From Eledone cirrhosa (taxonomy: Eukaryota): a stretch of 64,000 bases of DNA. A model generated the notes under the pieces. The model was given only the letters and a program-made list of their open reading frames with translations. It made no database searches and was not told where the DNA came from. Shown in pieces: positions 39,612 to 51,009 of this stretch (position 1 is the stretch's first letter; each line of letters begins with the position of its first letter). A program made the translations under genes and the position numbers. The DNA lies in contig OZ024747.1 in NCBI GenBank assembly GCA_964016885.1, positions 30,566,001-30,630,000 of the forward strand. The letters are read 5' to 3'.

Positions 39612-42227
39612 TTAAACCAGCCATCTCATTTCGCTTCTCTCTGGTCGATTGTTTATTTGCGGTTGCAGGCGTTTGATAAAAAGTGCTTCCTTGATACGTA
39701 ACGTGCCGACGTTTCTTTCAGTCACTAGAATTGTGACAATGGGCCTTCTGTCTTTGTTTCCGCATTTGTCTATGTGTTTCCGGAAAGACGAGGCCCTGGT
39801 TTTAGTGTGTTCCTTGATCCGTATGTGCAAAGGTCGGATTGTGCTACCTATGTAGTATTGGTTGCACCTGTCACATTCTATCTTATACACGACGTAAGTG
39901 CGTAGGCAACAGTTTGCATGGCGTATCGGGAAGTCTCTGAGGGAGCATGCGTCAGTAGATTTCCCGGGTTTCCTGGAGAGGCATCTTCACAGGGAGGGGC
40001 CCGAGTGGGCCAGGTGGATGTCGAGGCCCTCCCTCCGTATAGCCTTGCGGATAGCGTTGGTGGTATTCTCGCCCAGGTGTGGAATTTTAAGGAAGCACTT
40101 GCCTTGGGTGCCTCTTTGTCTCTTGCGTCTGGTGTCTCCTATTCTGTCTGTGATCGAGGTAGGGTACCCGTTCGTCTCCAGCACCTCGAGGAATTGCTTG
40201 GTATGAGTGACACCACTCGCGGGATCGCTGCATCTGTTTTTGATTCGCGCGATCTCGTTCGTGATGTATCCTCTTTTGGCACTGTTAGGGAGGGCGGACT
40301 TGTAGTGAACGAACAGGTCCCTGCAGGCTGCCTTTCGGTAGAAGTTGCAGTGGATCCTTCCCTGTTCCGTGATGTTGATTCGGAAGTCGAGGAGGGCAAG
40401 TGACCCGTCTTCGTTGGGGTGTTCAACACTGAAGTCAATGTTCTCGTCCGTGTTGTTGAACGTCTCATAGATTCTGTTCGCTGTGTCTTGGGAAGATGTG
40501 AGGATGAGGATATCGTCCACGTACCTTGAGAAAAAGGCTACGGCATTGGGGTGGCAGGCGTTCAGTGCCTTGCGTTCGAGGTTATCCATGTAAGAGATCG
40601 CTAGCACACCTGATAGGCTTGATCCCATGGGCAATCCCGAGGTTTGTTGGTATGTTTGGTCAAGGATCCGAAGTAGGTGTTGTCGACGACGATGGATAGG
40701 AGTTGGTGGATGTCAGTGGTGGTGAGCCCGAAGCAGTGTAGGTCAGTGGATTGGATGCGTTCAATCAGTATATTGACGGCCGGGAGTGCCGGGACCGAGG
40801 TGTACAGAGCGACTACATCAAGGCTGAAGGCATATCTGTTATTCCTTCTGGTGTCAGGATCCATTTGATGCAGGCACTTCAATACCTCCTCGGAGCTGTT
40901 AACGTGTCCCGGCAAGGTGTCTAAGATGGGTTTGAGTATTCTGGCTAGGAGCCATGAAATTTTGTAGAGTGGTCCCTCCACGCTCGATACGATGGGCCTG
41001 AACTTCAGGTCGGGTCCCTGCTTGTGTGTTTTCACGAGGTGGTAAAAGGCGGGTAGTCTGCTGTTCCTCGTGAGGAGGTTGTATCTCAGCTTCTTCAGGA
41101 GCTTCCGCCGGTCGCAGATGTTGGTCCAGGCGGCTTTGATGTGCTCTTCTATCTGCGTGGGAGTGATTTCCGTGACCTTGGAGTAGAGGTTGTCATCGTC
41201 AATGTGTTGGAGGGCCAGGGTGTTGTAGGCCTCTCTGCTGATGACGCAGAATTCTTTTCCCTTGTCGGAGGGGAGATAGATGAGGTTCTTCGATTTTAGG
41301 TTGGAGAGAGTGGTGAGTTGATATTTGGTGAGGTTATGTGTTGTGCGTGTGTGTGTGTGTTTGTGAAGTATATCCAAGATGGAGTGTTTTAGCCTGATGA
41401 GTTTAGTGTCCAGTTCGTGGTTGGTGGGTGGGGGGTGGAGTGGATTGTTGGGGTGGTAAGTAGGGAACTTGGGGTGGGTTGCGTGGGCGCTGTTATTTTC
41501 TGTGGCATTGTTGATGGCGGACACCCATGTAAGCAGCTTGACAAAAGTTGGCCTCGATGTTGAGTTTGAGTCTGTCGTCGAGACGTTGTGAGACGATGAA
41601 CTTGGATCCGAAGTGTAGGAGTTTCAGCTCGTCGCTCGTGAGAGTGCCGGTTAAGTCTGTGACCAGGTACGTCGCATCGTTGAGGTATGGCTCGGTGTTG
41701 GTGGTTGTGGCGGTGGCGGTTGTTAAGTTGTTGTTTCCCACGTGGTTCTGGTCCGTCTGTTCGTTAGTGTCGATGTTCTCGTTGTGGCGTTTCAACAAGA
41801 TCCACTTATATTTTCGCTTGAGCCGTTTTTTCTGGTATTGGACTCTGGAGTGGTAGCACTGGTCGATTGCTTTAGTGATTTTCAGGAGCAAGTCCCCGGG
41901 TGCTATTGGTAGTCGATGTGTCCGCTCTGAGACTGTCCGCTTATGGACGTGTAATTGGCGGTTGAGATGTCTCAGGATCTGTTTAATACACGTGCGATGT
42001 ATGCGGTTAGTGGTGTTTTGGAAAGCTGGTGTACGTAAGCTTACTGGTAAGCGGATGTTCCTGATGGTGTTGGGTATGACATCGTTTTTTAGGCAGCGTT
42101 TCAGGAAAATAATTTGACAGCCAGCGTTGGCCCATTTCTCCGACAGTCTAAACAGTTCCCTTACGGATGCAAACAATTCCTGGCTCAGGTGTAAGGATAA
42201 GAGAGTATTGAAGTTTGCTTGAAGCAT
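39612..42227 (-). pseudogene. PLE RT plus C-terminal GIY-YIG endonuclease ORF (2 frameshifts, 1 stop)
   Basis: FLKRC..VIP, PSDKG, KTHK..RPIVS, SLDVVALYTSVP, PMGSSLS, RYVDDI, LLDF, VYKIEC..YIGSTIRPLHIRIKEH, KEALFIK..QIN. Probable start MLQANFN. Confidence 0.93.
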
Positions 42228-42625
42228 TGTGGAATAATAAGTAAATATCTTTAAGTCGTTTGGAAGCCTCGACAATGCAAATGGGTAAATCTCCGGGTAA
42301 CAAGATCCGGTGGTGGAGAGAGAGATAGATGTAAGTGGGTGTACGTTGAGATGCGTGGTGTGTATAAGATGTGTAGAATGAAGGGAAGAGTATAAAGGAT
42401 AAAATAAAAATAACAACACAAAAGAGAGTTACCTTGGGAGAGATTTAATAGTGACAGCTAGCGCCATCCCACTCCCTCATTCGGCCGCTGACCTCTGCCC
42501 GACCGACCCCATTTCACGCGCACGCGCGCTCTGCCGAATACCTCGGATATTCAAAACAACAAACAGCGGAGGACGCGTTTCGCACCTGTCCGACAGACAA
42601 CCTTTTCCCCCACCCCGGAAAAAAG

Positions 42626-42661
42626 CCCCAGTTGATGGATGTGAATCCGAAATATATAGGG
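42626..42661 (+). ncRNA. Hammerhead-like motif with variant core CAGUUGA (also 39173-39208 minus and 57607-57642 plus)
   Basis: ccc-CAGTTGAT-ggat gtga atcc-GAAA-tata-TA-ggg, in the pLTR just before a GT donor-like aag/gtaact. Confidence 0.5.
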
Positions 42662-43358
42662 ACTATTAAATCTCTCCCAAGGTAACTCTCTCTTGTGTTG
42701 TTATTTTTATTTTATCCTTTATACTCTTCCCTTCATTCTACACATCTTACACATCTTATACACACCACGCATCTCAACGTACACCCACTTACATCTATCT
42801 CTCTCTCCGCCACCGGATCTTGTTACCCGGAGATTTACCCATTTGCATTGTCGAGGCTTCCAAACGACTTAAAGATATTTACTTATTATTCCACAATGCT
42901 TCAAGCAAACTTCAATACTCTCTTAAATATATATATATATATATATATATAAATGCTTAAAGGAACTTTACTTCTATATTTATTTATTCATCTTGTCTTT
43001 TTTTTGTTCAAACTTTGCATGGTCTGGGATTTGGGAGGGGTTTGTATCCTCATATAAAGGCAAGTTCACTGCCTTTACACAACAGAGATGTTTGAATTGT
43101 GATCTGATTTTCAAATCCAATTAGTTGAGTATTATTTAACAACATGTGGTTTGAGCTGTTTATTTGCAAAATTTGGTGATATGAATAAAAATCTGTTAAA
43201 TTGAAATTTTGCTCTCTCATATTTGATAGAAATATATATGACAGATGAGAGAAAAGAGTTCTCAATACCGAAGTTGAGCTTTAAAATTCATTTTATTAAG
43301 GTTAAATAGGGACATTTGTTACTCTGGAGTTTAACATGTTTATCACAGGGTCATGATC

Positions 43359-43495
43359 TATATTCATTTTATTATAAAAATGACTTCTACAGGGTTAGAG
43401 CTATTTCATTCATACAAAATCATCTTCTTGATGATTCCTTATGAATGAAACAGCTCTAGCTCTGTAGAAGTTATTTCTATAATAAAATGAATATA
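43359..43495. repeat. ~135-bp imperfect hairpin
   Basis: tatattcattttattataaaa..gagctatttcattcata / tatgaatgaaacagctc..tataataaaatgaatata. Confidence 0.8.
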
Positions 43496-43584
43496 CCCAT
43501 ACTCTACTAATATATTGAGTACCTTTTTTAACAGTGGTCACCTCCTGATTTACATTGGGATCCTACATATCATATATATATATT

Positions 43585-43625
<41 letters not shown>

Positions 43626-43879
43626 GTGATGATGAAAAATGGACAACAGCAATGATTATTTTCTGTATTTATAAAATTTCCTAAAACTGAAAAAAAGGAA
43701 TATAGTTGATTAAGGTTCCTCTAGTGTAAAACATCATACTTTGGTATTGATTGAACAGAGGTGAAAGTCAAAGGAGACTCTGATAGGGTTGTAGAAAGAA
43801 GTTTAATACAGATAGTGTAATATTTTACCAATTGTACAACTCTACCACTATATAAAAACAATGATGATGAGGATAATAA

Positions 43880-44325
43880 TAATTATTTCTACTTTTGGCA
43901 CAAGGCCAGCAATTACCCAGTGCATTACTGGTACTTTATTTTATCGACCCCGTAAGGATGAAAGGCAAAGTTAACCTCGGCGGGATTTGAACTCAGACCA
44001 TAAAGGGACATAACTATTTGCTGCAAAGCATGGCGTCCGACCCTCTACCGATACTGCCAATTCACCACAATGAGGATAATAATAATAATAATTGTTTCTA
44101 CTCTTGGCACAAGGCCAGTAATTACCCCCAGTACATTACTGGTGCTATATTCTACATTTGGCACAAGGCCAGCAATTACCCAGTGCATTACTGGTACTTT
44201 ATTTTATCGACCCCGTAAGGATGAAAGGCAAAGTTAACCTCGGCGGGATTTGAACTCAGACCATAAAGGGACATAACTCTTTGCTGCAAAGCATGGTGTC
44301 CGACCCTCTACCAATACTGCCAATC
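43880..44325 (-). mobile_element. SINE A cluster
   Basis: Two full copies and one partial copy. Confidence 0.9.
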
Positions 44326-44348
44326 CTGGTAGAATAATAATAGTAATT

Positions 44349-44555
44349 AGAGTGAACGATAAAGAGCATGAAAAGATGGAAAATTATGAGCCACTAAAGG
44401 AGAAGGTTGAAAGGTTGGATGAAGAAGGTTTCAGTGATTCCAGTGGGAAGTTTTGAGGACTGTGTAAATAGAATTGATGCAAGATTACAGGTCATGCAGA
44501 GGACAACACTTCTTGGTACAGCAATGACTTTGAGGAAGGTCTTGTGTATGTAAGA
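44349..44555 (+). mobile_element. R4/Dong LINE C-terminal (REL endonuclease region) fragment
   Basis: RVNDKEHEKMENYEPLKEKVER and MQRTTLLGTAMTLRKVL; preceded by TAA repeats. Confidence 0.75.
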
Positions 44556-45250
44556 CACAAGAGAGAATACAGTGAGGGATCTTTGTCAATTTGTTGTTGA
44601 TTGCTTCCTAATTGAAATATCCAGACTGTTTAACATCTACCACGTATACTGAAATATGAGTTGATTATGGATATAAGCTGATCCCCCACCAATACCAATA
44701 TTTTATGTCTGAGAAATAGTTGAACACATTATGTTTAGATTGCGAATATAAGCCAATCCCCACCCCCATGATAGTGTGGAAAAATGGATACTAAACGATG
44801 ATATATGTGTGTGTGTGTGGGTACATGTATGGGTGTATGTATATACGTGTAAATATATATATATGTGTGTGTGTGTGTGTACATGTATGTGTGCATGTTG
44901 AAGGGTTGAATAATGGACTCATCAATTGAGCAGAGCAACAACAACAGAAACACTTAGGCAACAATTATTAACTGTTTTCTACAATAGTAACATAGAAAAG
45001 AGCCAAGCAACAGCTCAGATGAAAACAAAAGAGTCACAAAACAACAGTTAATTTCCAGAACTTAACATATTATTATCTAACCACAGTTAGTAACATCTCC
45101 CCCAACCTCAACCATTTTTCAGATCTAATATATATATATATATATATGTATATATATGAAGTAATTCTGTCGGAAAGGTACAGGAAAAAAGAGTGCTCTA
45201 TGTAGGTTACAAAGCTTATTAGTTATGTAATAAACAACATAAGATAATTA

Positions 45251-45310
45251 TTTCATTTACCAGTGGTTTCTTGAAAGCAAATAAATCTGCTTTCAGTTGT
45301 CAGAATGAAA
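45251..45310 (-). ncRNA. Decayed hammerhead (core CUGACAA), relative of the 56704 motif
   Basis: ttcatt-CTGACAA-ctgaaagca/tgctttcaa-GAAA-ccactgg-TA-aatgaa. Confidence 0.65.
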
Positions 45311-45460
45311 AAAAACCTGGTGTTTTTATTGAAAGGTTCAATGAATAAATCAAAGAATGAGTTTTACAATAGAATGGAAGCACTCAAAAGATATGGTTTT
45401 CTGGAGTTATTAATATTAATTCAAAATATTAACAAAAATAGACATTCGTGTGATCAAGTA

Positions 45461-45527
45461 TATTTTATTATACATATTTCAGAGGTACTGAGCTATCTTC
45501 AACAGTACGTTCTCATCAGATAAAATA
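45461..45527 (-). ncRNA. Type I hammerhead motif
   Basis: tattttat-CTGATGA-gaacgtactg..cagtacctct-GAAA-tatgta-TA-ataaaata. Confidence 0.8.
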
Positions 45528-45734
45528 AGATGATGCATGACATACCCTGACATAGTAAATGGTTAAGATTCAGTCATGGTAGTGACTACCACGACTGAAT
45601 CTTAACCATCTACTATGTCAGGGTATAGTATATACCATGAAACACTGACATACATAAATAATAGCATAAATATATAAATTTACACAAACAATTCTATTTA
45701 TGTACACTTGTAGAAAATATACACACATATATAG

Positions 45735-46260
45735 GTGAGGCGGTAGGCGCGGGTGGTGGTGGTGGAGTGGCGGACTGCATGGGCGCGAGTGAGGACGGCG
45801 TGGGGTGGCTGACCAGCGACAGGGCCTGAGTCTCGAAGTCAGCATGTCGGCGGATCCGGGGGGGTTGGGAGTAGGGAATGGAGTGTTTGGTGTGTGTAGG
45901 GTGGGAGGAATTGAAGTCGAGGTAGGAGTGGGAGTCGGTGGGTTTGAAGAAGGTGGAGGTGATGGGGGAGGGGTGGGAGGTGTCAATGGCGATGGAAATG
46001 TTCAAGAAGTGGACGTGGGTGGTGGAGATAGAGGTGGTGAAGTGGAGGGATGGGTGGAAGGAGCAGAAGAAGGAAAGAAAAGAGTCGAGCTGTTCTCGGA
46101 TGAGGGTCGTGGCTCTGATGCAGTCATCGATATAACGACCATACAGTTCGGGCGTGGGGCCGGTGTACTGGGCAAAGATTTGGCCTCAACATGGCCAACA
46201 AAAAGGTTGGCATAGTTGGGGCCCATTCTTGTGGCCATGGCTACCCCAGTGACCTGCTGG
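45735..46260 (-). mobile_element. PLE RT fragment (different family)
   Basis: GVAMATRMGPNYANLFVG, RYIDD, FKPTDSHSYLDFNSSHP..SIPYSQ; frameshifted. Confidence 0.88.
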
Positions 46261-46468
46261 TATATATATATATATAAATTTTGAGTATATGCTGGTTGTT
46301 TACCGACACCTCAGTATGCAGATTGGGGCACTCGACGAAGTACGCAGGTTGGTTTGATTCCAGTTCCTCAGGGGAATGACAACACAACCAGGAGGTGGAC
46401 ATATCGATGGATTGACAGTAAAACACACTTCAACAACATGTGTACCTGTCTTTCCCACACCAATTCGG

Positions 46469-46523
46469 ACTGCCTGAAGAGGTCACAGCCAATGATGGCT
46501 GTCACCGAAATATATATAGCAGT
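46469..46523 (+). ncRNA. Type I hammerhead ribozyme motif (canonical)
   Basis: actgc-CTGAAGA-ggtcacagcc/ggctgtcacc-GAAA-tatata-TA-gcagt. Confidence 0.88.
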
Positions 46524-46574
46524 ATATCTATAATTTGTAACAAACGAAGCCAAATTTTACATATTTGACTTAAT

Positions 46575-46668
<94 letters not shown>

Positions 46669-46719
46669 ATTAAGTCAAATATGTAAAATTTGGCTTCGTT
46701 TGTTACAAATTATAGATAT

Positions 46720-46774
46720 ACTGCTATATATATTTCGGTGACAGCCGTCATTGGCTGTGACCTCTTCAGGCAGT
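46720..46774 (-). ncRNA. Type I hammerhead ribozyme motif (inverted copy)
   Basis: Reverse complement of 46469-46523 with one loop change. Confidence 0.88.
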
Positions 46775-46887
46775 CCGAATTGGTGTGGGAAAGACAGGTA
46801 CACATGTTGTTGAAGTGTGTTTTACTCTGTCATGTATGTTTTACTCACGTCGTGTAGATGCGTTCTTGAGACTAGTAAAATGAGGTA

Positions 46888-46975
46888 TCCTCTTGATAAG
46901 TCGGCAGACCTCGCAAGGACTCTATATCTTTGATATATTGTTTTTGTTTATGCCACGAAACTACGTAGTCGAGGA
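46888..46975 (+). ncRNA. Decayed hammerhead (core UUGAUAA)
   Basis: tcctc-TTGATAA-gtcggca..tgccac-GAAA-ctacgtag-TC-gagga. Stems I and III intact. Confidence 0.55.
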
Positions 46976-47206
46976 ATTTAGGAACAGTTTAGGTATGATA
47001 CATTTTATTACTAATTATATCTAAATGTTTCTTCTCTCTTCATAATGTATTTTTAACTCTGATACTGGTTCAGTCTGGTTCAAACTGAATTGGTCTGTCC
47101 CAGTCATTCATTGAGCAACATCGGTGAAGTTGGCACCCTTAACTCACAGTTGGGTGCGGATGCATTCATGTATATATGTGTGTGTCCGCATGTATCTGTG
47201 TGTTTC

Positions 47207-47276
<70 letters not shown>

Positions 47277-47279
47277 TAC

Positions 47280-47312
<33 letters not shown>

Positions 47313-47722
47313 CACCTACATGAAGGTGCATGACTTTGTTGTTAGAGTGTCAGGCTTACAATCATAGGGTTGTAAGTTCGATTATCGGACTGGGCTTGTG
47401 TTGTGTTCTTGAGCAAAACATTTTATTTCACGTTGCTCCAGTTCACTGGGCCAAGCTGTATCGGCTTTAGTCTTTCCCTTGGATAACAATGGTGGCATGG
47501 AGAGGGGAGACTGGTATGCATGGGTGACTACTGGTTTTCCACAAACAACCTTGCCCAGACTTGTGCCCCCGAGGGAACTTTCTAGGTTGAAATTCCATGG
47601 TCATTCGTGACCAAAGGGTGTCTCTACTTTACTTTTACATACATACACACACGTATATATCTATACACACACACATATATATCTATACATACACACATAT
47701 ATTTATATATATATATGCATAT

Positions 47723-47753
<31 letters not shown>

Positions 47754-48388
47754 CTACTAAAACTCTGTGATTGCTTGCTTGCTTGTCTGTGATGTAATAC
47801 AGCAAAATGGGTGCATAATGGGAATATACTCTGAAAGAAAGTTGACCTTGAAATGGAAATAGAAATGGAATAACACAATTTCGTGTAAATCAGAGCATGG
47901 GTTCCTGAGATAAGGGGTTTTTCCAGGTAGCTTCATAAACAGAGAGCGAAAGAGAGAGAGAAAGATAGTGGTTGAGAGAGTAGATTGAAAGAGAGACATA
48001 GAGAGAGGGAGAGGAGACAGAGAAGGAGAATGGAAAAGAGAGAGAGAGAGCTGATGGTGTTGTTGTGTATATATATGTGGGGGTGTATATATATATGTGT
48101 GTGTTTAGGACCAGTGTATAAAGATCACACACATACAAATATATGTATATACACACACACACACACATATATATAGACACATACACACACACACACACAT
48201 ACATATATATGCACACACATACATATATGTCTATATTTATATTTGTCATACTTATGTCTGTATGTGTTTAGTAGGTGTGAACTTGCACAACAATTTATAT
48301 AAGTATATATTTGATGATATATACACTCTCATATAGACACCTAAACTCTAGCTTCGTCTACCGCTATGTAAATGATGCATTATTTCAA

Positions 48389-48577
48389 AGGCGGATTGGC
48401 AGTATCGGTAGAGGGTCGGACGCCATGCTTTGCAGCAAAGAGTTACGGCCCTTTATGATCTCAGTTCAAATCCCGCTGGGGTTAACTTTGCCTTTCATAC
48501 TTACGGGGTCGATAAAATAAAGTACCAGTAATACACTGTGTATTTGCTGGCCTTGTGCCAAAAGTAGAAACAATTAT
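48389..48577 (+). mobile_element. SINE A copy
   Basis: Matches the family consensus. Confidence 0.88.
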
Positions 48578-48621
48578 TTCAAAGAGTAATTTTCAGTATT
48601 AATGTGTGTATAGCTTACATG

Positions 48622-48913
48622 TAGCTACTACTACTACTACTGATACTACTACTACTGTTGCTGCTGCTACTACTACTACTACTGCTACTACTACTACTAC
48701 TACTACTGCTACTACTACTACTACTGCTACTACTACTACTACTACTGCTGCTGCTACAACTACTACTACTGCTACTGCTACTACTGCTGCTGCTACTACT
48801 ACTACTACTGCTACTGCTACTACTACTACTACTACTGCTACTACTACTACTGCTATTACTACTACTACTACTACTACTACTACTAATACTACTACCACTA
48901 CTACTACTACTAC
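48622..48913. repeat. (ACT/GCT)n microsatellite
   Basis: Direct reading. Confidence 0.95.
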
Positions 48914-49250
48914 ATTTAATATTATTACTACTAAGAAGAAAGAGAAGAAGACTGATAATAATTAATAGATGAATGAAGGAAACCAAAATGATAAAATATA
49001 GAATATCAAATGTAAATACCCCCCCCCCCCCTCAAAACAAAAAGACAACAATTCATAGTGAAGTATAAAAATGAAGTATTAGCAGTGTAGAGTGACAAAT
49101 AGATCTAACTGGAAGAGGGAGAAAGAGTGGTAGTGAGAGAGGGTAAGGAAGTGAGGGAGAGTGAGAGAGAGTGGAAGGGAAAGAGTGTGAGAGCAATAGA
49201 GAGGGAGAGCGAGAAAGAGAGTGAGTGAGGGAGAAAACAGGAAAGCAGTA

Positions 49251-49281
<31 letters not shown>

Positions 49282-49601
49282 ACAGGAGAAATGTAGTGAT
49301 CAGGGCACCATTTATTGTAACAAGATGGAGAGAGAGAGGGGGAGAGAGAGAGAGGTAGAGAGAGAGAAAGGTAGAGAGATAGAGGGGGAGAGAGAGAGAG
49401 GTAGAGAAAGAGAGAGAGGTAGAGAGGGAGGTAGAGCAGGAGAAATGTGATCAGGGCACCATTTATTGTAACAAGATGGAGATTCTCACCAATATTGATC
49501 TCTAGCTATAACTAGAACAGCTGCAAATTCTTGCTAGGAATATTCTGGCATTCTTTACTTATTTGATTGTTATATATATGTAGGTACTATGTCTGTCTGT
49601 G

Positions 49602-49636
<35 letters not shown>

Positions 49637-50457
49637 ATAAATGTATGTATAGCTATGTATGTGTGTAAATATGACTATATATGAATGTGACTGTATGGCT
49701 GTGTATGCCTGCACAAGTACATGTAGTGTATGGCTACGTGTGTATGTGTGTATAAATATGTATGTAAGTATGTGTATGTAAATATGTATGAATAAACGAG
49801 TGTGTATATATGTGCCTGTGTGTGGGGTGTGGGGTATGTGTGTGTGTGTGTGTGTGCAGTGTGGGGTATGCGTGTGGGGTGGGGGTATATGCGTGGGGTG
49901 GGGGGTATATGCGTGGGGTGCATGTGGGTGTGGGGATATGTGTGTGGGGTGTGGGGATATGTGTGTGAGGTGTGGGGATATATGTGTGGGGTGTGGGGGT
50001 ATGTGTGGGGTGCGTGTGATGTGTGTGTGGGGTGTGGGGGCATGTGTGTGGGGTGCGTGTGATGTGTGTGGGTGTGGGGGTATGTGTGTGGGGTGTGGGG
50101 GTATGTGTGTGTGTGTGGGGGGGGCATGTGTTTGTATCTTCTTTTTTCTTCTTTCATTCTTATATATTTTATATTCTGCTAGAGCATTAGATGAAAGAAA
50201 GGGGAAAAGGATGAGGAGAGTAAAGAGAGAGAGGGGGGAGAGAGAGAGAGAGTAAGGGAGAGAGAGAGAGAGGAAGAGAGAGAGAGAGAGAGAGAGAGAG
50301 AATGTGTGTGTGAATGGGTGAGTGGAGAAGTGATAGTAAGAAAACTTGTTTCTGTGATATTGCATAAGAACAGAGAAATTAGGTGAATATGGAGTTCCTG
50401 GAGAATCAGAAACAGAAAAAAAAGATTTGAGAAAAAAGTAATGGATAAAGAGTATAT

Positions 50458-50517
<60 letters not shown>

Positions 50518-50792
50518 GTATATATATATACATATATATATATACACACACACATGTATATATTATCCCTTATCTGTTTCTTCCTCTATGCTTTTCTTTT
50601 CTTTCTTCTTTCTTCAGTAATTTAAATTATTTAACAGTTATATTGCTACCATGTATTTTTTTAAGCTGTCTCAGACGCACCCTCTCTATTGTATGTATTA
50701 TATGTTTTTCTCATGTTTTCAATATTAAGGTATATAAATATCGAGTTTTGTCATATATTACTCACTACCATGACTGAATCTTAACCATCTAC

Positions 50793-50859
50793 TATTTTAT
50801 CTGATGAGGACGTACTGTTGAAGATAGCTCAGTACCTCTGAAATATGTATAATAAAATA
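50793..50859 (+). ncRNA. Type I hammerhead motif (inverted relative to the 45461 copy)
   Basis: tattttat-CTGATGA-ggacgtactg..cagtacctct-GAAA-tatgta-TA-ataaaata. Confidence 0.82.
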
Positions 50860-51009
50860 TCACAAGAATGTCTATTTTTGTTAATATTTTTAATTAATAT
50901 TAATAACTCCGGAAAACCATATCAGTTGAGTGCTTTCAATCTATTGTAAAACTCATTCTTTGATTTATTCATTGAACCTTGTTTAACCTTTAAATATATA
51001 TATATATAA

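Larger units (their letters stand above)
38958..42925 (-). mobile_element. Near full-length Penelope-like retroelement with 3' pLTR and inverted 5' pLTR
   Basis: Repeat at 38958-39382 recurs partially at 42238-42452 and inverted at 42451-42925. (TA)n at both ends. Confidence 0.95.
46417..46826. repeat. ~165-bp inverted repeat around (TA)n with a hammerhead in each arm
   Basis: 46417-46580 versus 46662-46826, near identical. Confidence 0.93.

Noticed and set aside
39987-39989. In-frame TGA in the PLE ORF as possible selenocysteine (known in some PLEs)
   Set aside because: It aligns with a non-Cys residue (His) in the 9.4 kb relative and is best explained by CGA-to-TGA CpG decay. No SECIS identified.
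47600-50553. Long low-complexity ORFs (poly-T/S/L/V, YI, HTP), including the 330-aa ORF
   Set aside because: Translations of microsatellites.
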